From assembly GCA_964019335.1 (NCBI GenBank), contig OZ025663.1:434001-498000 (forward strand): DNA of 64,000 bases, read 5' to 3'. Origin of the DNA: Diplonema japonicum. Lineage: Eukaryota; Protista; Euglenozoa: Diplonemea. The notes under the pieces are model-generated. The model made no database searches and had not been told where the DNA came from. It worked only from the letters and a program-made list of their open reading frames with translations. The first letter of the stretch is position 1. Every line of letters begins with the position of its first letter. The position numbers were made by a program, and so were the translations under genes. This document shows, piece after piece, positions 36,040 to 45,115 of the stretch.

Positions 36040-39000
36040 CTACGTCCTGCGATTGCGGTCAGCGGCTCGGCGGTCGTGAGAGTCTCAGATGAGGTCCATC
36101 CTCTTCAGGTAGGAGGCGGTTTCACTCACCCTCATTGTGAGCATCTCCTTCGTGGTCGTGGGGATGTCATCCCCGAAGATCTCTTCGCGGACCTTGTCTC
36201 CAGCTGGGCACCCGATCAGCAGATGGTGTCTGTCCTGGATCGAATGGCACGAGAGGCAACGTAAGTCATTCTGGACGGGTTTCGACAGGAAACCGCAAGT
36301 CAGGTGGCTCCTGCCCGTTCGCAGTCTCGTTATCTGTACCTCATCGTGTCTGCAGGACAGTTCCTTCAAGGGGAGGTACCTCGCGCCGATCTCCTCTCGG
36401 TACTTCTTGTCCCGACCCGTCTTCTCCCACGAGGCTGCCCAGTCGCGGTTCACCGACCTCTTGATGAGGCTCTTTGTGGTCATCAGGTCCGTCGGTCCGT
36501 CCGGTGTCGACTCCTTTGCGGCGCGTTTGGCGTGTCGGTCGGCTTGCTCGTTACCTGGTAGGCCGCAGTGTCCGGGAACGTACTGGATGATGGTGGAGAG
36601 GCCTTGGCGGTCAAGCGCGTCCAGCCATTTCCAAGCCAGCAGTTCCTCCTTCTGCCTCATCTCTCTGTGGCCCTGCATCAGTCTTCTGATCACCGACTGG
36701 GAGTCCGAGCACAGCAGCACTACTCCGGTCGTCACACCTTGTCTCCGGGTATGGTACAGTGTCAATTGCAGCCCCAGGTTCAGCGCTTTCAGTTCGCATC
36801 GGTAGGCCGAAGTCACTGCTCCTCCGCTCTTGCGAGCCTGCTTCGGTGTGTCAGACCCGATCCTTATCACAGCTGCCGAACCGCCGTTCCTGTGTCCGGT
36901 GACTGACCCGTCGGTGTAGACGATCACATCTGGGATGCCGTGCCTCCTGATCGATTCGAAGGCCGCTCGGAGTTTGAGACTTTTTTCGTCCTTCTTGTGT
37001 ACCTTGCGGACTAGGTCGGGGTGGAACAGGACTTTGGGTTGGACCCATGGAGGGAGCTGCAGGTCTGCGCTCTGAGTGACTGAGTGGTGTGGTAGGTCTT
37101 CGCGTTCCGGCATCCCGTGACTCTTCGCCAAGTCGAGCGCGGTGTTTCGCCAGCTTTTCCCGTACCACATCTGACCCCCGGATATCTTTGTTGCCTTCTC
37201 CGCTGTCGTCCCCGGTTGACGCTGTGCCTTCTCGTAGAGCACCAGGGTGACGTGTTCCAGCAAGGATTCAATCTCCCAGATGCCCGCCTCTGACCTGGTC
37301 ACCGTCGCGGAAGTCTTGTCGAAGCATCCCGTTATCAACCTCGCTGCTGTGTATTGTAGCGAGTCGAACTCGGCCAGAGCAGCATGTCCCACGAAGTTGC
37401 CGTAAGCACCGAGACAGTAGCGCAGAACCGGTTGGACGTACGTCAGGTACAGCGTCCTTAGGGTGTGCTTGCGGCAGCCCCACCTTGTTCCGGCGAGTTT
37501 GCGCAGCAGGCGAAGACGGCTGTTGATCTTTCCCTTCACCTTCTGCACATGCTCGTGGAAGTTCATGCTTTCGTCGAAGGTGACGCCAAGATATTTAGCC
37601 TCGCGTACCACCTTGACTTTCGCCCCACTCGAGGGGAAGCGGGCGTTGATGAGGTTTGCGAGACTGTCGTGCGAGTTCCAGAACTGTCCCTCTACCGGCA
37701 TGAACTCTGTCTTTTCCTGGGACAGTTTCATCGAGAACGTCTCGCACCATCGCTCCGTGAGGCTCACCGCGCGTTGCACCTTCTTGTTCAGCTCGGCAGG
37801 ACTCCCCGCCTCCAGCACTATCGCTATGTCGTCTGCGTACACTACCGCGTCGATTCCAGCCTTCCTGTACAACCTGGCCAGGTCGTTGACGTAGATGGAA
37901 AAGAGCTGCGGGGCCAGGATGGTGCCTTGGGGTACGCCCCCTGTCATTGTCTTCACGCAGCCGTGTTCCCCGTTCACACAGACGGAGGCTTTACGTTGGT
38001 CGAGGAAAGAGGTGATCCATTTCACGAGCTTGGGAGGGTATCCGTCGCCTATCAGCTTTGCGATCACTCCCTTGTGCCAGACTGTGTCGAAGGCTCCTTT
38101 GAAGTCGAACAGCAGGAGACCCCCCAGACCTTGGCTCAGTCTGACACTTTTGAGCTTTGAGGCGGCGTACAGCACGTTTTCCTCCGTGGACCTCCCTTTC
38201 CGGAAACCCGCCTGCGATGTGTGCAATTGCCTTACCCGTCCTGTGTCCTGCAGGAAGCACATCCTGTCCTTGACTATTCGCTCCAACGTCTTCACGATGT
38301 TTGACGTCAGCGCGATCGGCCTGTACGAGGCGGGTTCGGATTGGTCTTTGCCCTTTTTCATGAGGGGGATGATGGAAGACCGCCTCCATTCGGCAGGGAC
38401 GACACCGGTCTGGAGGGATGAGTTGTAGAGGAGGAGTTGAACTTCCCTGGCCACCGGTCCCAGGTACTTCAGCATTTCGTTGTAGATGCCGTCTGGGCCC
38501 GGAGCCTTGCCCTTCTTCAGCCTTCGCAGCACCGAGTCCAGCTCGTCCTTCGTTACCAGGGGGAAGTCGTTGTCTGTCCCGGGCTTCGCGTCCTTCTTGA
38601 TGGTGGTGATCACTTCCTCCGACTTGGCAGTCGTCCTTGGGGAGCAGGCCCTCGCGTAGTGTTCGACGAGTACACTGGCCTTCTCCCTGTCGGTGGTGGC
38701 GATACCGTTTCCTCGTCGGAGCGGGGCTATTGGTGGCTTCTCGCTGCGACCGTCGAATCTGCGGATGACCGAGAAGGCTTGCGTCAGGTTTCCGTCCTTG
38801 GACAACTTCTTGGTGTAGTCGCCCCAGGCAGCCTGCTTCCCGCTCGTTATCGCCCTGTCCAGCTCAGCCTCCATCGCCGCTAGACGTGCCAGGTCTTCGT
38901 CGTTCCCGTCGTGATCCTCGGACAACAGCTTCGCCTTCAGTGTGCTTCGTCGCCTTGCGAGTGCGTCAATCTCGTCGTTCCACCAAACCTTCCCTTTCTT

Positions 39001-39200
39001 CTGTCCTTTCCTGGGGACGCACGATTCGGTTGCCGATAGAAGAAGTGTGCGAAACTCAGCGTTTAGCCTTATCGGGTCTCTGGCCCTGAGCAGCCTGCTG
39101 CACTTTTCTTCCATCGTCTCCCTGTACGCGCTCCTTGCCTCCTTCCCCCAAGAGTAGAGTACTCTTCTGGTCGGTTGGCTGACTCCCCCTCTCAGACTGA
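36005..39200 (-). mobile_element. 5'-truncated non-LTR retrotransposon E2 (RT + RNase H; Ingi/I-group-like) with 45-nt 3' UTR and A35 tail
   Basis: Uninterrupted ORF ending at 36085, poly(A) at 36005-36039. The 5' end abuts the tail of E3, just downstream of where the APE endonuclease would lie. Confidence 0.93.
36085..39195 (-). CDS. LINE pol ORF, 5'-partial: reverse transcriptase, RNase H, C-terminal CCHC knuckle
   Basis: RT motifs KAPGPDGI, YRPIALTS, QAGFRKGRST, DFKGAFDTV, GVPQG, YADD, KYLGV. RNase H motifs YTDGS, ELKAL, SDSQS, VPGHCGLPGNEQAD. Knuckle CLSC-x6-HLLIGC. Confidence 0.95.
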   Translation of the reverse strand: MRGGVSQPTRRVLYSWGKEARSAYRETMEEKCSRLLRARDPIRLNAEFRTLLLSATESCVPRKGQKKGKVWWNDEIDALARRRSTLKAKLLSEDHDGNDEDLARLAAMEAELDRAITSGKQAAWGDYTKKLSKDGNLTQAFSVIRRFDGRSEKPPIAPLRRGNGIATTDREKASVLVEHYARACSPRTTAKSEEVITTIKKDAKPGTDNDFPLVTKDELDSVLRRLKKGKAPGPDGIYNEMLKYLGPVAREVQLLLYNSSLQTGVVPAEWRRSSIIPLMKKGKDQSEPASYRPIALTSNIVKTLERIVKDRMCFLQDTGRVRQLHTSQAGFRKGRSTEENVLYAASKLKSVRLSQGLGGLLLFDFKGAFDTVWHKGVIAKLIGDGYPPKLVKWITSFLDQRKASVCVNGEHGCVKTMTGGVPQGTILAPQLFSIYVNDLARLYRKAGIDAVVYADDIAIVLEAGSPAELNKKVQRAVSLTERWCETFSMKLSQEKTEFMPVEGQFWNSHDSLANLINARFPSSGAKVKVVREAKYLGVTFDESMNFHEHVQKVKGKINSRLRLLRKLAGTRWGCRKHTLRTLYLTYVQPVLRYCLGAYGNFVGHAALAEFDSLQYTAARLITGCFDKTSATVTRSEAGIWEIESLLEHVTLVLYEKAQRQPGTTAEKATKISGGQMWYGKSWRNTALDLAKSHGMPEREDLPHHSVTQSADLQLPPWVQPKVLFHPDLVRKVHKKDEKSLKLRAAFESIRRHGIPDVIVYTDGSVTGHRNGGSAAVIRIGSDTPKQARKSGGAVTSAYRCELKALNLGLQLTLYHTRRQGVTTGVVLLCSDSQSVIRRLMQGHREMRQKEELLAWKWLDALDRQGLSTIIQYVPGHCGLPGNEQADRHAKRAAKESTPDGPTDLMTTKSLIKRSVNRDWAASWEKTGRDKKYREEIGARYLPLKELSCRHDEVQITRLRTGRSHLTCGFLSKPVQNDLRCLSCHSIQDRHHLLIGCPAGDKVREEIFGDDIPTTTKEMLTMRVSETASYLKRMDLI

Positions 39201-39215
39201 AAGAATTTTTTTTTG

Positions 39216-40534
39216 CAATAATAATAATAATTATTCCACTACCAGGCGGGGGGGGATGGGGGGCGGAGAAAGTTGAAACCATAAAAATTGGGAAGGGAAG
39301 GTTAAAACAGTCTCTCTTACTGAGCCATATCGGGGGGGACCTCTTGCTCGTTTGCTCGACCTCTTGTATATTTTCCTGGGCCCCCGACATCCACCTTTCT
39401 TATTTTTTCCCCATTCCCCCGCCACGCAGCTCTTGGGCCTCGAAGGCTTCGGCTGTCACCAAATAAAGACAACCCCAAATATTAAAGGACGGCGATGAGA
39501 TCCCTAATTTTGATTTATCCAGCCACAGGGACCCCACCATCTGCTGGTTTTGTTGGGCTGTGGGAGCCTAAAATATAAATTTGAAAAGGAAATGTAAAAG
39601 GAAAAGTCAAGTTCAGAACTCAACTTCCACAAAGAAGGGAGGAATGCATAACTAGAAAAGGAGCCTGGTAGGGAAAATAAAAAGAAAGGGAAACCAATGG
39701 GGGAGGGGGAAAAAAGAATTACTGGTTACTATTTCTAAAAAAAAAAACCCCCCTTCTCAGCTGCGAAAGATGTTTTTCCAACGAGACTCCCTATCGCGTA
39801 ATGACGCGGGCGCACCAGGTAGGCCGGCGAGTGCTGTGGAGTCAATCGTCAGCGGGGAGGAAGAGGTTGTGAGAGGCGAAGTAGAGGAGGGGGACACGTT
39901 GGCAGATAACCCACCGGCCTTGGGCTTTCCCCGTGTGCGACAGGTCACACAATGGTGTTCCTTACACCCCTATGCGGTTCTGCCTGCCTACCCACCAGAA
40001 GTCGGACCTTCACCGAGAGACTGTGTCACACAATGGACTTACATCCCTTGAGGTGGTCCACCGTACTTGACGCCTCCGCTCCGATTCTCTCTCCGCGGGA
40101 ACCCAGCCTACAACTCTGGTGGCTGGAGGACCCACTTTGAAATCGAACCCCTCACGTGGAAAACACTGTTGCGCACTCTGGACATTTTGCATTAATCTTG
40201 TTTTCTGTCGGCAAACAGTGCTCCCCACGCTCAGGCCACTTCGCTCGGGCGTTCAGGTCAGCTTCCCCAGGAAAACCATCAAACGGCGTCTCCGGATCCG
40301 GTCCTCGTTCTGGCGTGCAGGAGGCTTCCCCAGGGGATGCCATCCAACACGGCGCTCCGGCTCCGGCCCTCGGCCGCCCAACGCAACACCGTTCCCCTGC
40401 TCCTCCTCTCGAGCTGCCTCTCAGCCGCGCAACCTTCACCACCTGCGCGTTGCCCAGGGACCACCACCGTGGGCAGCCACCACACACACCGCGTTCGTCT
40501 ACATGTTCATGTGTGTGTGTAATCGGACCCCTAA
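39216..40534 (-). mobile_element. Degenerate LINE 3' fragment E3 with (ATT)n tail
   Basis: Ends CCCGCCTGGTAGTGGAATA(ATT)n-G-C(A)9. Shares TATTCCACTACCAGGCGGG and TTACTGAGCCAT with E5. Carries a stop-interrupted Cys/His remnant (KCPEC...TVDHLKGC). Confidence 0.65.
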
Positions 40535-40544
40535 TTTTTTTTTG

Positions 40545-40983
40545 CAATAATAACCACTGGGGGAAACTGGGGGGGTGGGGGGTGTGTTCCAGTCTTTTGT
40601 CTGGAGGAACCAAGAGGGCCACCACTTGGGTTGGACCATCCCTCTGGCTCTCCGTTCCCCTTGCGTGGGACAGCCGACTTGGCTGATTACATGTGGGGCG
40701 AACCCCTCGAGATTCAACGCAGAAGACCTCGAGCTGCGCCTGCGCCCTCCCGGCCATCCGTGACCATCTCTTGGGAGGCGTTCTTTGGCCCGTTTTGAGT
40801 GTGTGTGTGTGTGTGTGGGGGGGGAGAGAGAGTTTGGGAAATGGAAAAGGTAAAAGGGAAAAAGGGGGGGGTCTATTTTGGGCTCATGTTCACCCTTGAG
40901 CAGCGTTGGTCGGGGGGAGGATCCTACACTCGGACCATGTTAAGAGCCCGGAGGCCTCGATGAAGGCGCAGACCTCGGCGGAG
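40545..40983 (-). mobile_element. 5'-truncated LINE fragment E4 (last ORF codons + 3' UTR)
   Basis: Begins right after the 20-bp repeat with SAEVCAFIEASGLL..., which resembles a LINE ORF C-terminus (compare SETASYLKRMDLI in E2). Ends CAGTGGTTATTATTG-C(A)9. Confidence 0.65.
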
Positions 40984-41003
40984 AAGCCTTTGTTTTTTTT
41001 TTG
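40984..41003 (-). repeat. 20-bp direct repeat copy 2 (putative target-site duplication)
   Basis: Identical to 35467-35486. On the - strand it reads CAAAAAAAAAACAAA-GGCTT, i.e. the tRNA upstream flank plus tRNA nt 1-5. Confidence 0.85.
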
Positions 41004-41010
41004 AAGGGGT

Positions 41011-41880
41011 AATAATAATAATAAATATTCCACTACCAGGCGGGAGGATCGATAGGAAGTAGAGAAAACAATTCAAGGGAAAGGGATATCACTTCCAACC
41101 AAGAGTAGTGTTCGAAGGTGACTCGTGAAAAGCAATCTCTGTTACTGAGCCATTGGTCGAGGGGTCCTGGTCCGCTGCTCCCTGTAGCACATTACTTGGA
41201 CCCCTCACCACGCTCTTTTCATAATATAATAAAACCGATCTATTTTCACTCCCAGTTACCTTGAAATTATGCCCAGGAGTGAAATAATGTTCGAGCATGA
41301 AATAATGTAACATTGTTTCACCCCTGGGCCTAATTTCACCTAGGTTTAGGGCAAGGTACAAGATCAACGCCATCATCCAACGAAACTTCGGTCTACCGAC
41401 AGTCCGTAATATTCCAGAAATTATTCTGGGCTGTATCTGTCTTGGTGGACTTTTGTTCTTTTTTTTTTTTCTTCCCCCTTCCTCGACCACTTCTTCCCCC
41501 CTGCACCTGTGATCCCCCTGGGCTCCAGAGGGTCGGCCCTTTATCGCCGGCAGGACTCCTGCCGTGGCGCCGTTCACCTTGATGCAGGTGTGGTGGGGGG
41601 GGGGGGGGGGGGGGTGTGCGGTGGAGGAAAGACGCGTCTTCCGTCTTCAGAATGATGACTTTCTCGGTCTGCTCTGAGACCGTTGCTGTGAGAATCGCAG
41701 CCTTCCCTTCCAACCCCTTCGGCAGCGGACCGGTGATCCAGTTGCCCTTCCGCACCAATAGGTGCCACCAGGGGAAGCAACACCTGGGAAGGGGAAAAGT
41801 GAAGGGAAGCATGGAAATTGGGAGGGCAAAGACCAGTTCTTCCGCAAGCAGACAGTTCTCTAGCTTCGCCAGCTGCTAAC
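41011..41880 (-). mobile_element. Degenerate retroposon E5 (same family as E3) with (ATT)n tail; 5' boundary uncertain, possibly composite
   Basis: 3' blocks at 41026-41044 and 41142-41153 match E3 at 39232-39250 and 39317-39328. Confidence 0.6.
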
Positions 41881-42304
41881 GTTATCAAATTGATATTTTA
41901 AAATACCCAGTATCAAATACCATAACGCAAAAAAGGGCCCATAATCTTGTTACGTACCCGTTATTTTAACGATATCGAATTAAATAACGTTATTTTATTC
42001 TGTATTCTCTAGGCACGTAGGTGTATCCCCCGCGCCGCTCCGTCGTCCTGACCATACAGCCGTCGTTTTTGCTTCTTGTCATCAGGCGTGTCAAACCGAG
42101 ATGATGGTGACGACGCCTGGCGTTTCTCTTAGAGAACACTCTCATCGCAATGTAGTCATCCTACCTGGCCTTTTTGAAGTCGCGGCCGTCGCCTGCATCG
42201 TTCCCGCAAGGATTCCGGGATGACTGGCTGGTCGGTGTAATGATATTGCACTAACAATGTGGGGGGGCAGAACTACCTAACCTTCATTCACAGTAGGGAG
42301 GGAG

Positions 42305-44568
42305 ATGGCTGACCCATACCACCTCGTTGCGCAGGATGCAATGGAGCCCCCGGAGCTCCCCGATGTGGGTGTGAAAGTCCCTGGGTATGTATTTTCCATC
42401 TTGTTTTTGAATAATTCTACAGATTTCAACTACCCCCTGATGACTGGCAAGCTGAGCTCCCCCCAGGCTGCACACCAGGAGAACCAGGGAGGGCAGCGCC
42501 TGCAGCCGCTGTCCCCGCCCCAGCACCTACACCCGTTCCTGATCCCGTTCCTGAACCCGCTCCTGCTCCTGTTGCTGCTCCTACTCCTGCTCCTGCTCCT
42601 CCCAAACCGGCACCAGCTTTAGTTCGTACTCCAGCAGATGCGCCTAAGCCTGCTGTCGACATTGAAAAATTGAAGAGAGATGAAGAAGCAAAGCGAAAAG
42701 AAGCAGAAGCAAAGAAAGAGCAAGACGCTAAAAAGGCGGAAGAGGCAAAGAGAAGGGCAGAGGAAGATGCGAAAAAAGCAGAGGCCGAAAAGAAAAAGAA
42801 GGAAGAAGAAAACAAAAAAGCTGCAGAAGCCAAAAAAGCCGAGGAGGAAAAGCAAAAAGAAGAAGCAGAAAAACGAGCGGAACAAGCAAGGAAGAAATCG
42901 CCGGAGGCAGCGCCTGCTCCGCCGCCAGTGCCTGCGGCCGCGGTTCCAGTGCGAGAGCCAGTGTCGCCGCTAGCAGGGCTGTCGCCGCAACCAACGTCTC
43001 CTGTGCAGCAAATGCCGACGCAAATGGCTTCGTATTCATTCATGCCGCCTCAGTACCCCTCCAGCCCTACAAGTAGCCCAATGGTGCCTTTTGATTCCGT
43101 TGCTTCGTCTCTGCGAGGTGAGATCGAACGGGTATGCAAGTGAACAATGGGAAATCATAATCAGGCCGAGCGTCGCCTCGAGGACACAAACCGGGCTGCC
43201 TCAGATGACCGCCGAGGCTTTCAAGCGCAGATCGACACCTTGCACGAAGAGCTCAAAAGGGAACGAGACGCCAGGATGGCCCTCCAAACACAAGAACTTA
43301 GCAAAGGGTTTGAGAGTAAAATACATGAAATGGAAAGCACAAAGAAACTTCTAGAGCAACAAGTATGAGTAGAGGGAAGAGGAAGAAAAAAAATAAAATA
43401 AAAACAGTTCAAAGAGCAGATCGAGTTCAACAAGACGCTTCAGAACAAGCTTCTCGAAAAAGAAACAAAGATGAACGAAAAACTCGATGAAATAAAAACC
43501 CGGCAAGCAGAAGAAGCAAACAAGAACATGATGAGGAGTTTCAAGAAGGACATTGAGGAGGAAGGGAAGTCGGCCGCGACCGTCGCGCTGGAGAAATCGG
43601 AAATCATGAAACAGGAGTTCGAGTTGAACCTTAAAAGAGAGAAGGAATCATACCTGTACAGAGAACTGCTGTTGAGCCAACGGGTAGAAATGCAGCACAA
43701 GTCAGCGGTGATTGATTTACTCCGAAAAGAACAAATGGAGAGGGAATGGGAAGAAGGCCAACAATGGGACCACTACGTGATGCTGAAGAAAGATGAGACA
43801 AAGGCAAGGGGAGAGGTCGGGAGAACAGCAGAGAAAAGGCGGCAACTTGTTGGAGGGTTACAAGAGGTTCAGCCATTCAGTGTGAGGGCGAAGGCGCGGC
43901 AGAGTCTTCATTCTGCTGGGAGCCGGACCACCGATGGTGCGTACACGACAAAGAGTTTCCAGAAGGTGTTTAAAGTATTGGAGGAGATTGATCTCGTGAA
44001 GTACGCACCTGTGTTTGCGGCGAATGAGTTTGACATCAACTGCCTGATGGACATCACTGAAGAGGACCTCGACGCGCTGGGCATCACAACGTTTGGTGCG
44101 AGGAAACGTTTGCTTGCGGGGGCCGAAAAACTCCGGTCTCAGCTCGAACCCGCTTCAACAGAACCTTTTTCCATGGCCAGCATGGACCCATCAAAAGCCG
44201 TGGAAGAAACGGTGACCAACGAGTGGGCAAAGGAAAGAATGAAGCATCTCCACAGCGCAAAAGACACGAATTCCTATAACGAGCTGCTTGCATGGGATGA
44301 AGCATGGAGAGACGCAACGAACCTAGACGCAGCCAACGTCCCTTGCGGCACGCCAGGTGGCCACAAGGCCGAGCTCCTCCTGAAGAGGATCTCGGGAGCT
44401 CCGCCACATCCGATGCAATCTTCTCTCACAGCCTCACCTGCTGCTGCGTTGCCTCCTCCACCTCCACCTCCTCCACAATGGATCACATATCACACACATG
44501 AAGGCATTCCTTACTACTTCAGCCCTACCTTGAACGAGACTACATGGACACTGCCTTCGGGTGCGTGA
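42305..44568 (+). CDS. Pro/Ala-rich, coiled-coil, SAM- and WW-domain protein; introns 42385-42422, 43132-43164, 43363-43407
   Basis: SAM domain (LEEIDLVKYAPVFAANEFDINCLMDITEEDLDALGITTFGARKRLL), WW domain (WITYHTHEGIPYYFSPTLNETTWTLP) and a KE-rich helix. Three GTATG...AG introns join four ORFs in phase. Confidence 0.85.
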
Positions 44569-45115
44569 TGCGCGTGGGATGTACTGTATTTTTTTTTTAA
44601 GGGGTGAATTGTTGTTAGCATTTCGCTCCAGTGGTTTTCTTTTTTTTCCCCCTCTTGCGTATTTCTGTCAGAGCTATGCTGTTATATTAACCTCTGGGGG
44701 GGAAAGTCTTCCTCCCCTTTCCCCATCGTCTCCCTTTCTGGTTCTTTCCAAAGGAGTATTTTTTTTATTGGTTCATTGTGTCTCTCCCCCCTCTTTTTTT
44801 TCTTTGTACAGTGAAACCTATCATGACAATACGCAGAGGGTTTCAAAGGAGGGCTCTTACCCCCCAGTCTCCTGCCTGTGTAGGGTTGTGTTTTTTTGTT
44901 TTTCTCCCCCCCCCCCTTTGAAAGACGGAGGGTGCTTGAAAATATTAAAAAAAGAATGCCTCAAATATGTTCCCCTTCCCAGCCACACTTGTATCCTCCC
45001 CCCCCTTTTTTTTACCCGTATACACCCTTCCCTTTATATGTCCCCGCACCACTATGTACTCTTTTTTTTCTTCTTTTTTTTCTTCCCCCACGACACCCAA
45101 GGCAGGGACGCCCAC

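Noticed and set aside
39196-39390. N-terminal 65 aa of the 1101-aa RT ORF (…GSGIIIIIIAKKN…) as a degenerate endonuclease
   Set aside because: It is the translated 3' UTR and (ATT)n-GC-A9 tail of the neighbouring element E3, which is homologous to E5 at 41011-41160. It is not part of the LINE protein.
41745-41793. Possible ingi-type 5' signature / HDV-like ribozyme on the - strand
   Set aside because: It can fold as a three-way junction (CCCTTCC/GGAAGGG closing two hairpins), but I could not place the HDV P2 pseudoknot with the catalytic J4/2 C or a hammerhead core. A covariance-model search is needed.
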